Origin: a virus
Strand: one strand, 5' to 3'
Length of the DNA: 64,000 nt
Virus record (IMG/VR): IMGVR_UViG_3300025914_000010
Span: 14,661 to 78,660 of that record
Positions within the stretch are counted from its first letter, which is position 1. Each line of letters opens with the position of its first letter. Both the position numbers and the translations under genes were made by a program. A model generated the notes under the pieces. That model saw only the letters and a program-made list of their open reading frames with translations, made no database searches and was not told where the DNA came from. Of this stretch, positions 29,695 through 39,888 are shown piece by piece.

Positions 29695-29964
29695 CTACCG
29701 GCTCGCCTCGACTTCCAGCGCCGCACAGAAACTCTGGTAGACGGCGTAGACCGCTGCCGGCCCGTGGTAGGTCGTCACCTTCCCGGTCTTCTTGTGGGTG
29801 TACTTCATCGGCAGATTTCGCTCGAACACGACCTCTAGTTGTCCGCGATAGAGCCGCCCGATGTCGCCGCTCGATTGCTGGATCGCGTTCACCATCCCGA
29901 GCCACTGCAGCACGTCCACCGCCCAGTGCGGCAGATCAGGCTGGTTGATGACGACACCGCTCAT
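29695..29964 (-). CDS. Second frame of the tail assembly chaperone (gpT-like)
   Basis: The frame is open upstream through the chaperone stop in the -1 register. Confidence 0.6.
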   Translation of the reverse strand: MSGVVINQPDLPHWAVDVLQWLGMVNAIQQSSGDIGRLYRGQLEVVFERNLPMKYTHKKTGKVTTYHGPAAVYAVYQSFCAALEVEASR

Positions 29965-30032
29965 TCGGAAATTCAGCGGGTCGCCGAGCCGGTAGATCGC
30001 ACTTAGCCCCGACGTACCGAGGATACGCCGGG

Positions 30033-30710
30033 CTAGGTAGGGATCTCTTCCTGCTTCACGGTGTCGAGCGTCTTGTAGTAGAACTCGCGCAGCGCCTCCT
30101 GAACAGCGTCGTCAGCGTCCTCGTACGCCTCCGCGCTCTTGAAGTACCGCTGCGTGTGGTCGTCGGGCAGACGCGTCGCGCGGTAGATCGTTTCGCGCTC
30201 GCGCCGCTTGATGAACGCCTTGCCCCACTCGTTGGCGTAAAACGTCTCGCAGCACCGTTCCTGGCGCACGCGGGCGGTTAGGTCGAGGTTCTTCTTGATC
30301 TCGGCGCGATACCGTGTCTCGAACGCCTTCTGCCGCTTATCGTCCGCCTTCTTACACTCCTCTTCCCACGTAACCACTCTCTTACCGAACTCCTCCGGGC
30401 TGTCTTCGCCCTGCGTCGGCTTTTCTGGAATAGGGTATTTCTCGAACACTTCGCGCCGCATTTCCGGGAACTCGTTCTGTGCAAGGTAGGCTGCTTGATC
30501 CTCCTGGCTTTTCGCTTTGATCTCCGCGACCACATCCGCATAATCGCTCTGGCCCTTCAGGAACGGCCGCGCCTCTTTCTGTGCGTACCACCGCGCCTTC
30601 TCGTCCGCCTCTTCGAAGAGACGAGAGTTCAGCGTGCACACCCAGACGCGATCGCCGTTCGGCAAGGTTAGGTCGCCAGCGGTTCTGCGGGGAAATTCTG
30701 CATCTGACAT
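30033..30710 (-). CDS. Tail assembly chaperone (gpG-like)
   Basis: Lies between the tail tube and tape measure genes; ends EEIPT*. Confidence 0.7.
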   Translation of the reverse strand: MSDAEFPRRTAGDLTLPNGDRVWVCTLNSRLFEEADEKARWYAQKEARPFLKGQSDYADVVAEIKAKSQEDQAAYLAQNEFPEMRREVFEKYPIPEKPTQGEDSPEEFGKRVVTWEEECKKADDKRQKAFETRYRAEIKKNLDLTARVRQERCCETFYANEWGKAFIKRRERETIYRATRLPDDHTQRYFKSAEAYEDADDAVQEALREFYYKTLDTVKQEEIPT

Positions 30711-30791
30711 AAGGTTAAGCCGCCCTCCTATTGCGGCCATTGACCTTGCCGAGACGCAGCGGATAGGAGCCACCGCATCTCGGCAAGTAGG

Positions 30792-32015
30792 TTACGCGGT
30801 AGATAGCCAGCCTCCCAAGCCTGCCCCATCCTGCGGATACTGCCCGGCCAGCGCCGCGTGTGTGAATGCGTTACGCAGCCGTATCTGGCACGAGTAGCCG
30901 AGTACCGGGTCTTTCTTGGCCTGGAAGTTGCCGCCGACGGTCATCGTCTTATCCGCGCGCGTCCGGTCGGCGTCCATGAACTTCAGGTGAGGCAGGTAGA
31001 GTTCGTATTCGTAGTAGTAGCCGGTCGATCCGATCTGCGCGCCCCGGAACAGCATGTTGATGCCGAACTTGCAGTTGGCGAGCGTCCCCTGTATGACCTG
31101 GTTGTCGCGGAAGATGATGTCCATCTTCCCGCTCACGCTGAAGCCGCCCGCGACTGGCACGGAAGCATCGTAGCCGGAGCCGCCAACCATGTTGCGCTCG
31201 ATGTCGCGAGTCAGTTTCACGCTGAAGCCGGGCAGGAAGTCGGCGGTGATGGGGTTGTCGTTGAGGGTCACGAAGGCGGAAGAGAAACCGGCGGCGTTGC
31301 CGTTGAACATGTTGGCGAAGACAAGCGGCCCGTTCCCACAGTTCGTCTGCGCGACATCGACGTAGTTGGGTGAAAGGTTGATCTTGACTTGCTTCGTATG
31401 GTCGCCGCCGAGTTGTGAGGGTAGCAGCCCTGCCGTGCTGGTAAAGTCGTAGTCGGTATCGACGCCTCCCGCTGCCGGGTAGCGGTTCGGGATCTGCCGG
31501 TGGGCGTAGTAGTTCGCCTCCATCATCAGGATCGCGGTGTGGTTCAGCGTAATCTCGTTGAAACAGACGCCGGTCGAGAGTTGCCCGTTGGTAGCATCGC
31601 CGAAACTCTCTTCCTGCGTAAAGCTCGGCATGTAGTGCGGGAACTTCGCGTACATCACGTGGTCGTAAACGCCGGACGTAACCGTGCTCTCGACGTCGCG
31701 ACCGAGGATGCCGAGGAGTGGGTAATAGGCGTTCTCGGGGTCGAGTTTCCAACTATCCTTGCCGTCGTAGAGTTTGCCGGTGAGAGTGATCCGGTGGACT
31801 TCGAAATCGCCATCCTGCTCCGTGCTCGCGACATCTTTCGTCGGCTTCGTCGGATACCCGCCGCCCGGTTCCACTCCAATAAAGCGCATCGGGTTTGTCG
31901 CTGCGATGCCCGCGTTGTAGACGTTCCCGCTCAAGTTGGTAAGCGGGGCCGATCGAAAAGCGCTCTCGATCGCAAATCCCACCGCGCTTGACCTGCCGCT
32001 CTGTGCACCAGACAT
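30792..32015 (-). CDS. Major tail (tube) protein
   Basis: VGFAIES N-terminus, PSFT.E and VSGKMDIIF motifs; gene position. Confidence 0.8.
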   Translation of the reverse strand: MSGAQSGRSSAVGFAIESAFRSAPLTNLSGNVYNAGIAATNPMRFIGVEPGGGYPTKPTKDVASTEQDGDFEVHRITLTGKLYDGKDSWKLDPENAYYPLLGILGRDVESTVTSGVYDHVMYAKFPHYMPSFTQEESFGDATNGQLSTGVCFNEITLNHTAILMMEANYYAHRQIPNRYPAAGGVDTDYDFTSTAGLLPSQLGGDHTKQVKINLSPNYVDVAQTNCGNGPLVFANMFNGNAAGFSSAFVTLNDNPITADFLPGFSVKLTRDIERNMVGGSGYDASVPVAGGFSVSGKMDIIFRDNQVIQGTLANCKFGINMLFRGAQIGSTGYYYEYELYLPHLKFMDADRTRADKTMTVGGNFQAKKDPVLGYSCQIRLRNAFTHAALAGQYPQDGAGLGGWLSTA

Positions 32016-32072
32016 TGTTTTTTGAACCTCCCTGCAAACGTCGTCCTCCGGCTGCGCCGCAGGAAGTGCAAC

Positions 32073-32103
32073 AAAAAAGGGAACGGCCCGAAGGTCGCTC
32101 CCC
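32073..32103 (-). terminator. Intrinsic terminator
   Basis: GGGAGCGACC-TTCG-GGCCGTTCCC followed by a T6 tract. Confidence 0.75.
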
Positions 32104-32134
32104 GTTTACTCACATCACTGGTAAACCGAAAATC

Positions 32135-32713
32135 TTACGCGTCACACCCGACGAACCACGAATATCTGATCTGGAGAGGCAGTACGCATATCGCTTCCGC
32201 CACCTGCTGATTGTTCGCACCCGTCGCCGAGAGCCACACGCGCTCGCTCAGCGCGCCGCCGCCCGCGTTCCCCGGTATCGTCAGCTCGTACCAGTAGCCG
32301 GAAACAACGATCTGCTGGAGCAGGATTTGCTTGATGTTGTGCCGGAGCTGGTTGCGCTGCTTGCGCGCCGAGAACTTGTCCGCCGCCTGCACCGCGACGA
32401 TCAGCGGGACCACGAGCACTCGATACTCGACACGCCCGCCGCTCGTCTGAACGGGGAAGTCGAGGCTGTCAGTCGCCTCCATCGCCCGCGTTCCCACATA
32501 AACCGCAGGGCGGTGCTTGCTGCCGTCGTCGTCGTACGGCTTGTCGAAGAGATTGATGTACCCGGCTGCGGGCGAACCACTCACGTCGGGGCGCAGCACA
32601 CCCGTCCAGCCCGCGCCATAGGCGTTGCCACCGGCGTAGAGGCTCGCGTCCGCCTGCAGGATGTCGAGGACCTTGTCGCAAATCTTTTCGATCACGCTTC
32701 CGGCTCCAACCAC
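32135..32713 (-). CDS. Tail terminator / completion protein
   Basis: Precedes the tail tube gene; RPAVYV motif. Confidence 0.6.
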   Translation of the reverse strand: MVGAGSVIEKICDKVLDILQADASLYAGGNAYGAGWTGVLRPDVSGSPAAGYINLFDKPYDDDGSKHRPAVYVGTRAMEATDSLDFPVQTSGGRVEYRVLVVPLIVAVQAADKFSARKQRNQLRHNIKQILLQQIVVSGYWYELTIPGNAGGGALSERVWLSATGANNQQVAEAICVLPLQIRYSWFVGCDA

Positions 32714-33708
32714 TCACACGCCGCCGCCTGGAACCCGCTGAACGTGCAATCCACATTGACGTATGTCAGCCGTTCACCGCGCTGCAGGAACCGTCGGTAG
32801 TAGCTGGAGAGGAACTGCGTCGCGAGGTTGCCGACACAAAGGCACTTCTGCCGCTGGATCACGCTCCAATGCGCAAGGTTATTCGGCGTGGTGATGACGC
32901 CTTCGCAGAAATTAGAGATCGTCAGTACTTCCAGATTACTCTTCGTCTTGCCGATCAGGTTGACGAGCCGAGGCGACTTCGGCAGGAACATGATCGGGTG
33001 CAATCCGGTCAGCAGGTACGTGTGCGGCGTCTTATCGATCAGCCATTCGATCGCGGCCAACCAGTGCGGCCAGTGGTTGTTGACACTCTCGCTCCAATCG
33101 GAAATTGGATGCAGGTGGATAAGCGTCTTCGGCTTAATCGGCAGCACTTTCTGCATCAACTGGCCTGCGGCAGTCGCGTCCTTCTGCGGGATAATGCCGT
33201 CATGCCAGAGTTGCGCTGGCAGTCCCGTTCGCGTCTCAAACCATTGGCTGTTGATGTGCGTCTGCGTGAAAGCATCAGCCGATGGTAACCCACGATACTG
33301 CTCCCACAACATCCCGAGCCATGCCATTGGTTCACTGTCCGGGCGACTCGTCGCGTACCAGAACTTCTTGTAGAAGTCGCCGTTATCGCTCTTGATGCCG
33401 ATCACTTCGCCCGTGAACGGCTGGAGCAGCAGCCAATCTACGATGTTCAGATCCGGCCCCACGTACAGGATATTGATCTTCTCCTGCCCGGTTGCCGCCA
33501 TCATCGCCTTCATCACACCCACGCACATGAAAATATCGCCCCAGTGCCCGAACGCCGTGCACCACTGCATCGGCCTCTCGGGAGCCTTTATCGGCTTCAT
33601 CAGCGACTCCGCGAGCACCACATCTTCGGTAAGAAATCGATTACAACTCGGGCAGATCGGCACGGGCATAGTGAGCAGGCACTGCGGGCAGCTAAAATGA
33701 GCAGGCAT
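32692..33708 (-). CDS. Glycosyltransferase, GT9 (heptosyltransferase)-like
   Basis: GHWGD, IHLHP...W..W, VNLIGKT..LE, ITTPNNLAHW resemble GT9 motifs. Confidence 0.7.
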   Translation of the reverse strand: MPAHFSCPQCLLTMPVPICPSCNRFLTEDVVLAESLMKPIKAPERPMQWCTAFGHWGDIFMCVGVMKAMMAATGQEKINILYVGPDLNIVDWLLLQPFTGEVIGIKSDNGDFYKKFWYATSRPDSEPMAWLGMLWEQYRGLPSADAFTQTHINSQWFETRTGLPAQLWHDGIIPQKDATAAGQLMQKVLPIKPKTLIHLHPISDWSESVNNHWPHWLAAIEWLIDKTPHTYLLTGLHPIMFLPKSPRLVNLIGKTKSNLEVLTISNFCEGVITTPNNLAHWSVIQRQKCLCVGNLATQFLSSYYRRFLQRGERLTYVNVDCTFSGFQAAACEWLEPEA

Positions 33709-33816
33709 CGTGTCTTGATCGTCTCCTATTCGACTTCAGACGCAGGTGACGTAAAGAAGCCCCGCAATCGCGCTAGAAAGCACGTACGGGGCTTGCAGTC
33801 TCGATTAGGCGGGAAT

Positions 33817-34116
33817 TTACGGGCCGGGCGTTGCTGCCGATGTCGCAGGCGATGTCCCGGCTTCAATCGCGGCGATCTGCGCTGTCAGGTCGGTGATAGT
33901 GGTCGCTGCATCATCGTTCTCGCTCTGCAGCGTGGTGATCTGCGCATCTTTCCCGGCGTTAGCAGCATCGGCCGCGTCTACGCGGGTTTTGAGGTCGGCG
34001 ACGGCACTGTCAAGTCTAGTCAACGAATCGGTCAGTTTGCTCAACTTCTTTCTCGCTTTCTTAAGTCGTCTCTCCTGGTCTTCGATCAGGGAGAGGAGGA
34101 GGGGTGTGGTTTTCAT
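33817..34116 (-). CDS. Coiled-coil hypothetical protein
   Basis: Heptad pattern. Confidence 0.5.
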   Translation of the reverse strand: MKTTPLLLSLIEDQERRLKKARKKLSKLTDSLTRLDSAVADLKTRVDAADAANAGKDAQITTLQSENDDAATTITDLTAQIAAIEAGTSPATSAATPGP

Positions 34117-34213
34117 GCGCTTTATGCTCACGCGAGTAAAAGCCCCGCCGAGTGAACGGTCGAGGCTTAGGGTGACGGGACGGCTGGGCGAAACATTTGT
34201 AACTATAGCTAGT

Positions 34214-34236
34214 TTTGATCTCAAAGCAGGTATAAT
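34214..34236 (+). promoter_or_regulatory. TTTGATCTCAAA box plus TATAAT promoter of the HNH cassette
   Basis: Same architecture as 11874-11896. Confidence 0.7.
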
Positions 34237-34306
34237 AAAAGGGACAGCAGGCGTTCGCAGCGCCTCTGTCCCGTGATCCGCATCCATCTTGAAAGGAGAT
34301 GCAGAT

Positions 34307-34993
34307 ATGCCAAGTTTACCCCGTATTGACCTCGTAGGCCAACGTTGCGGACGGCTAATTGTCCTCTCGGAAGTGTCTCTCGAAATCAGAAAAGATCGTG
34401 CGCAACGTACATTCCTCTGCCGTTGTGATTGTGGAAAAGAATGTGTCGTGTGCCACGGCAATCTTCGGAACGGCATGACCAAATCATGCGGTTGTTTGCG
34501 CCGTGAGATGGTCACACATCATGGTCACGCCGCTGATGAAAAACAATCTGCCGAGTACCGTACTTGGCACGGCATCAAGGATAGATGTTCGCGACCTAAG
34601 AACAGGAACTACCATCGGTATGGCGGTCGTGGCATTACGATGTGCGACAAGTGGAAGAACTCCTTTGAGAACTTCCTTGCGGATATGGGCGAACGGCCTT
34701 CCGATCAACATTCGATAGAGCGCAAAGACAATGACGGCAACTACGAACCAGATAATTGTATTTGGGCAACCCGCGAAGATCAGGACAATAACAGAAGCGA
34801 TTGTGTGTTCATCGAATTCGACGGATTGCGAATGACGCTCTCCCAATGGGGTCGCCACTTAAACATTTCACGCGGGACAATCAATGCACGGCGCCGTAAT
34901 GGTTGGACGGACGAGCAAATCATCAAAGGCATCTCGCCGCGCGGTCGGAAGTTGCCGCCGCAAGGGATGAAGAAGCCTCGAAAGTCTAAATAA
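34307..34993 (+). CDS. HNH-type homing endonuclease
   Basis: CRCDCG..SCGC..YGGRGI..C..W..FENFLADMG..SIERKDNDGNYEPDNC.WAT. Confidence 0.9.
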   Translation: MPSLPRIDLVGQRCGRLIVLSEVSLEIRKDRAQRTFLCRCDCGKECVVCHGNLRNGMTKSCGCLRREMVTHHGHAADEKQSAEYRTWHGIKDRCSRPKNRNYHRYGGRGITMCDKWKNSFENFLADMGERPSDQHSIERKDNDGNYEPDNCIWATREDQDNNRSDCVFIEFDGLRMTLSQWGRHLNISRGTINARRRNGWTDEQIIKGISPRGRKLPPQGMKKPRKSK

Positions 34994-36155
34994 AATCCAC
35001 GTGGTCGGGAGGAGTTGCTGACGGAACCGGGCTAATACTTCCGTCAGCAACTCCCGCCAGTATTCGGTTCTGTGTTCCGAACAGACAGTTCGGGCATTGA
35101 CTCACCGGATCATCTATGAGTGTGCGAATTGGCTTTTCGTAAAGTGACGCTGCGTCGGACCAGTGACATATTCTCCATTGCGGCCCGAAGTCGTGCTGCC
35201 CTGGCTCCCGCACTTCAGTGTTCAATGTGACCGCATCACAAGGATATAAAAACCCGTCCGAGTTCAGGATAGGGTGAAAAACGCCGACTGTGCAAGACGT
35301 ATGCGGGTTCGGTAATTTTCGCTGAACGAAAACTCTTGACGGATCTATCGCGTCGGCAATCTGTTGTAATTCGTCGCACCGTTCGTTCACGAGATGCGGC
35401 TGGAGGCAATTTGCAACGAGGCGAAGATAGCGCGGCAAATGCTTGTCTACGTACTCGCGAAATTGTTCTGTAAGGCGCGGTAGCCGGTCGCGGCCCATAA
35501 TAGGCGCTCTGCCGCCACTTCCGCCGTACTGAAGCAGGTCTTGCGGCGTGCTCACCTTGCCGTGGTTTTTTTCTCCAGGCGCAAAGTACAGATCGTGATA
35601 AATGTAGCTGAAGCCGAGTGTGGTTTTGGTCCGGTCAAAGTCAGGTACGAATACTTCTTCTTCTTTGTGATCGAGGCCGCTCATACTGATACGGCACCAG
35701 TCCAGCGAATCCAGGGTTTCAGGTGAAACTGTTGTCCACGATGTTCGACCGCAAGGATACTTCTTCATTGGAGCACCGTTCGTGATAACTCCGATTTTCA
35801 GTCCGTACCACTTTATGCGAGCAATCAAATCGTTAAAGCCCATCTTTGTTTCAGGGCATCGATACAAAATTGGATTGCCCCCGCCCGAGATCACAACGGC
35901 TTTTAACCCGTATCGCACTAATATTTCGATGAACCCAATCATGGCACTCATCGGCAAGATATTGCCCGCTCGTGTTTGCACGCTGCAAAACGCGCACGTA
36001 TGATTGCAGCGGTCGGTCGGCATCAAATGGCACGTTATGGCGCGGCCGTATCCATTTACCAGTGTCCGCATTGCCTCCTGATGATGAAACAGCTTCGCGC
36101 CCGTAGACGTGAAGCTATTCGTGAGCGTCGCTGGTATTTCGAGTGTTGCTGTCAT
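34986..36155 (-). CDS. Radical SAM protein with SPASM-like C-terminus
   Basis: CNHTCAFC motif, GGGNP, C-terminal C..YPC..CPNC. Confidence 0.88.
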   Translation of the reverse strand: MTATLEIPATLTNSFTSTGAKLFHHQEAMRTLVNGYGRAITCHLMPTDRCNHTCAFCSVQTRAGNILPMSAMIGFIEILVRYGLKAVVISGGGNPILYRCPETKMGFNDLIARIKWYGLKIGVITNGAPMKKYPCGRTSWTTVSPETLDSLDWCRISMSGLDHKEEEVFVPDFDRTKTTLGFSYIYHDLYFAPGEKNHGKVSTPQDLLQYGGSGGRAPIMGRDRLPRLTEQFREYVDKHLPRYLRLVANCLQPHLVNERCDELQQIADAIDPSRVFVQRKLPNPHTSCTVGVFHPILNSDGFLYPCDAVTLNTEVREPGQHDFGPQWRICHWSDAASLYEKPIRTLIDDPVSQCPNCLFGTQNRILAGVADGSISPVPSATPPDHVDFI

Positions 36156-36364
36156 TCGTAATTCACCACAATCGTTCCGCATGGCAAGTCCAAAACAACT
36201 TCGGGTTCTTTCTCAACTTCTCTTTCGTGAGTAAGTGGGTACTCATCGCAAAAAGATGCTCCGTAATACTTCCGAATACTGTTGATCGCGAGGCTACGTG
36301 CCTCTTCCACGGTTTCGGCTACTCCGATATAGGTGTGGAACCCGTACCATTTGAACAGTTTCAT
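36152..36364 (-). CDS. Hypothetical protein
   Basis: AGGAGG RBS. Confidence 0.55.
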   Translation of the reverse strand: MKLFKWYGFHTYIGVAETVEEARSLAINSIRKYYGASFCDEYPLTHEREVEKEPEVVLDLPCGTIVVNYE

Positions 36365-36394
36365 AAAATCTCCGCCGCCTCCTATGCGGCAAGT

Positions 36395-37036
36395 TCAGCT
36401 TTTGAAAGCCTCCATAATCAGCGAATACTCCGCCCGCCGCTCGATCTGAGCGACATCGCTTGCGCAGTAGTGCCCCGGACGTGTCGTCTCTTTGAACGGC
36501 GCTCTCACAATATCCTGTGGCGCAAAGGAACCCTTTCGCGGATTTTCACGATTGGCAAGCGTGCACCACAAACTGTCTTCGGTAAACACTTGCCGATGGT
36601 CCTGATAAAGAAAGAGCGACCATCCCATCATCGTCTCGTAACCGGCATGTCGCAACGGTTCTCCAAACAACCGCTCGCAGTTCTCGCGGTTATCTTCGGG
36701 ATGAACGCGGCGGTAAAACGAAGCGTCGGGCACGGAGCATCGAAGAACTCCTCCTGGCTTCAATATTCGGTAGCACTCGCGAAGCACTTCCTGTAAATCG
36801 ACCGCATCGAAATGCTCGAAGCAGTGATGCGAGGCAATACCATCCACGCTTTCATCCGCCCACGGCCAATCGTGTTTGCGAAGGTCCATGTGGAAATAGT
36901 TCTCTTCGCTCGCGATTTTGTTCAGTACCCACTCGTAACCGTAAGTCTGCTCGTTGAGAACGTCCGCCAAATTGTCAATGTTCAGCCAGGGGCGCTCAGG
37001 CCGTACGTCTCCAGCTCCAAGGTTGAGAAACAGCAT
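36395..37036 (-). CDS. Class I SAM-dependent methyltransferase
   Basis: LNLGAG, HCFEH, ECYRILKPGG. Confidence 0.85.
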   Translation of the reverse strand: MLFLNLGAGDVRPERPWLNIDNLADVLNEQTYGYEWVLNKIASEENYFHMDLRKHDWPWADESVDGIASHHCFEHFDAVDLQEVLRECYRILKPGGVLRCSVPDASFYRRVHPEDNRENCERLFGEPLRHAGYETMMGWSLFLYQDHRQVFTEDSLWCTLANRENPRKGSFAPQDIVRAPFKETTRPGHYCASDVAQIERRAEYSLIMEAFKS

Positions 37037-37680
37037 CAGCCGACCACCTGCTTCATCGGTCGCCCACGTCGCCGATTCTCAACCTCTTCGGTAGGAGTAT
37101 CCCATTTTTCACCAATATCCAGCCCGTCGCACGCCGGTTTCGGTTCGCGCTTCCTAGCTACGAGCAGTCCGCACTCGCTGTTCTCTTCGAGGAAGTCCCA
37201 CCCCTCCCACGCCCGCATCTCCTCGCTGAACTTGCGGCTCCCTTCCCAGCTCACCGTGTCGTGAATGGCGATCAGCGTCGCGCCGAGTTTAACCGCCTTT
37301 TCGACATCGTGCTTGCAGACGTCGTAGGTATGGTTGCCGTCGATGTACGCGAAGTCAACGCGCTCCGGCCACTCGACTTCCTGGCTGCGGCCTTTGATGA
37401 GCGTCGCCCAGTCGCGGACACCGCAGAGCGTCAGGTTCGCTTCCCACTGTTCCTCCTGGTACTCCTCGGTCCAGCAGAACGGATCGACGCAGTAGAGGCG
37501 ACCTTTGCCCATCAGTTGCAGTGCGCGGGCGATCCATACCGCAGTCGCGCCGATGTGAGTGCCGACTTCGACCACCGTCTCAGGCTGTAGCCACATTACC
37601 AGCGCCCCGATGAAGCGGCTGTGGCGGTATTGATACGGGATAGATCCCGCTGACTCTTCGAATGGATGAAGTTGGATCAT
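37036..37680 (-). CDS. Class I SAM-dependent methyltransferase (Methyltransf_24-like)
   Basis: VEVGTHIG, YIDGNHTY, IHD. Confidence 0.85.
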   Translation of the reverse strand: MIQLHPFEESAGSIPYQYRHSRFIGALVMWLQPETVVEVGTHIGATAVWIARALQLMGKGRLYCVDPFCWTEEYQEEQWEANLTLCGVRDWATLIKGRSQEVEWPERVDFAYIDGNHTYDVCKHDVEKAVKLGATLIAIHDTVSWEGSRKFSEEMRAWEGWDFLEENSECGLLVARKREPKPACDGLDIGEKWDTPTEEVENRRRGRPMKQVVG

Positions 37681-38318
37681 GCCACGTCACCTGGTTCAAG
37701 CACGAAAATCTGCGGATGAATAGCCGCGTTTATGACCACGGTTTCTCCTATTCGATATAAGCCTCGCGCCTCGTGAATATGACCACACGTGACCAGTCTT
37801 GGTTGAATCTCTTCGATTCGCCGCCGCAGGTTCGTGTCGCCTACATGATCGTGCTGCACCTTGTCCCCGGCCATAAAGGGAGGCCCGTGACAAACGAGAA
37901 TATCCGTATCGCTGGGTACAAGCGCCCATTTCTTCGCAAGGGCAACAGGATCCAGGTTAAACGCTAGGCAGTCAAACTTCTTAACCCATGGCGCTCCCCA
38001 AATCTTCACGCCGTTGAAATCGGTTCCGCTATCACACAAGTAAGTGGCGTTTTCTTTCCACGCCCAATCAAAAGCATTCGAAAACTTCAGCAACACTGTG
38101 TCGTGATTGCCGCCTACGATGACACATTTTTTATACTCAAGTCCGTGAAGCCACTCGCGGAACTCGCCGCAAAGCCAAGCGTTCCATTTTGCTTCCGTGC
38201 CGTCTGAAGCACCTGTCCAGTTGCCTCCAGTTAAGTCCCCGGACAATATCAGCAGGTCACACGGCGGGACCTCTTCAGGTAGAAAGCCGTGAAGATCAGC
38301 AAGAATGGTGATCCTCAT
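37677..38318 (-). CDS. Metallophosphoesterase
   Basis: DLHG, GD, GNHD, HGPP and GHIHE motifs. Confidence 0.92.
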   Translation of the reverse strand: MRITILADLHGFLPEEVPPCDLLILSGDLTGGNWTGASDGTEAKWNAWLCGEFREWLHGLEYKKCVIVGGNHDTVLLKFSNAFDWAWKENATYLCDSGTDFNGVKIWGAPWVKKFDCLAFNLDPVALAKKWALVPSDTDILVCHGPPFMAGDKVQHDHVGDTNLRRRIEEIQPRLVTCGHIHEARGLYRIGETVVINAAIHPQIFVLEPGDVA

Positions 38319-39109
38319 GCCACGTCACCTGTCGGTTCCAGCCCGCCCCGAAACTCCATCAGTGTCGGCGGCTTCTGCTTCTCGTGGATGCAGTTGTAGA
38401 TGGCGATGTCGTGCTGCCTCTGCTCGGGCTCCATTCTCTTCACCACGAGATGATAGTGATCGAAAAAGACCTCTACGTTATCGTTGGTCGGCTGATACCA
38501 GTTCGGCGTTCCGCCGGTTCGGAAATCGACGAGCTGTTCGTGCATCGCGACATCGGGGCGGTATCCGATATGCTCGCAGTTGCGAAGAATACGAGCCTGC
38601 CAGTCGGCAATCATCTGCCAGTTCTGCGACGGGCTTCGGTGCCCCCACGACTGCCAGTGCCTGCGGCTCGTTACAATCGCGTCGAACTGCGGTTGCATCT
38701 GCGACTTGAGCGTGGTGATCTGGTCGTAACTCCCGACCTGCTCGACGCTTAACTTCATATCCACGAAGTTCGGATAATGTTCTTGCGGATAGAGTTCGTT
38801 CCCGCGACAGATTAGCCGCGGAGCCGTCTTATAGATACGCTCGTCGGCATCTCCAATCCACACCCACTCGGTCGGGCACATCGTCACCATCTCGGTTCGA
38901 ACGCGGCCGAACCCCTTGTCGATGTCGCCGAACCGAACCTCCGCGCCGAACTTCTCGGCAATCTCGATCGTCCCGTCCGTGGAGTATTCACCCTGCGGCC
39001 CCGTGTGGTAGACCGTGATGTGATCCGCCCATTGAGCCGCGCTTTCAAGCCAACCTGGGAGTGCATTGCACTCGTTGAACACGTTTGCACACGCTGCTAT
39101 GCTCGGCAT
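38315..39109 (-). CDS. Glycosyltransferase family 2-like
   Basis: NE...LP..L.S, STDGT, DADE, HEQ. Confidence 0.8.
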   Translation of the reverse strand: MPSIAACANVFNECNALPGWLESAAQWADHITVYHTGPQGEYSTDGTIEIAEKFGAEVRFGDIDKGFGRVRTEMVTMCPTEWVWIGDADERIYKTAPRLICRGNELYPQEHYPNFVDMKLSVEQVGSYDQITTLKSQMQPQFDAIVTSRRHWQSWGHRSPSQNWQMIADWQARILRNCEHIGYRPDVAMHEQLVDFRTGGTPNWYQPTNDNVEVFFDHYHLVVKRMEPEQRQHDIAIYNCIHEKQKPPTLMEFRGGLEPTGDVA

Positions 39110-39145
39110 AATCTCTGCGCCCTCCTATTGCGCTTTGATCTCAAA

Positions 39146-39811
39146 CTAAAGTTGTACTTCCCTGCGGCACACTAGAAATCCGTTGCCCTCGTGCCACATT
39201 GCATAATTCTGCTTAATCCCCGGCACGAGATGGCACGCGCCCACACAGAAGCCGGGCCTGGTCAGCGCCTTCGCCCACCAGCCAAGCGTCCGGCGTTGAA
39301 CGTGGGTCGCATCCTGCTCGTATTCAGGAACGACGTAAGGCTCGCCGTCTTTAGGACTGAGCGGTACTACGACAAACACCGCTTTACGCGCCTTGCTCAT
39401 AAGAGTGTCGATCGTGCGCGCGAGTTCTTCATCCGGGATGTGTTCGAGAACGTCCTTCGCAATCACAAAGTCGAACTTCTTCGCCGACGCCTCGAAGTTG
39501 TTGACCCCGGTCGTGCCCGACCGGATCAGCCACACACGGTTTGCAACCTCCGCATCAGCGTTACTGATCGCCCAATCGCTCACGTCGAAACCGAAGGCGC
39601 GGTAACCGAGCTGCTTGAACGCCTTCACGAGATACCCGCGAGCGCAACCGAAATCACAGATCGTGTCGTCTTCGTCGATCCCGAGGTAATCGGCGATGCG
39701 GCGGGCGAACGGGATAGTCAAATCGGGCTTCCAAGAATAATTCTCGTAGAGCGACTTCCCGCTCTGCGGCCCGTTGACGTAGTAGTCTTTATCGTAAACG
39801 TTGTAATCCAT
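39146..39811 (-). CDS. Class I SAM-dependent methyltransferase
   Basis: DFGCARG, GFDVS, DVLEHI. Confidence 0.85.
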   Translation of the reverse strand: MDYNVYDKDYYVNGPQSGKSLYENYSWKPDLTIPFARRIADYLGIDEDDTICDFGCARGYLVKAFKQLGYRAFGFDVSDWAISNADAEVANRVWLIRSGTTGVNNFEASAKKFDFVIAKDVLEHIPDEELARTIDTLMSKARKAVFVVVPLSPKDGEPYVVPEYEQDATHVQRRTLGWWAKALTRPGFCVGACHLVPGIKQNYAMWHEGNGFLVCRREVQL

Positions 39812-39831
39812 TGCCCCTCCTATGGGCATAG

Positions 39832-39861
39832 AAAAAGCCGCTGGACGCTAATCCATCGGCT
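39832..39861 (-). terminator. Intrinsic terminator-like hairpin
   Basis: AGCCG.TGGA/TCCA.CGGCT followed by a T tract. Confidence 0.6.
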
Positions 39862-39888
39862 CTGTTGAACTCGCAATTTGTGCTGTCG

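Noticed and set aside
11969-34993. HNH genes as intron-encoded ORFs
   Set aside because: They are antisense to the flanking genes, have their own promoters, and show no group I or II intron core.
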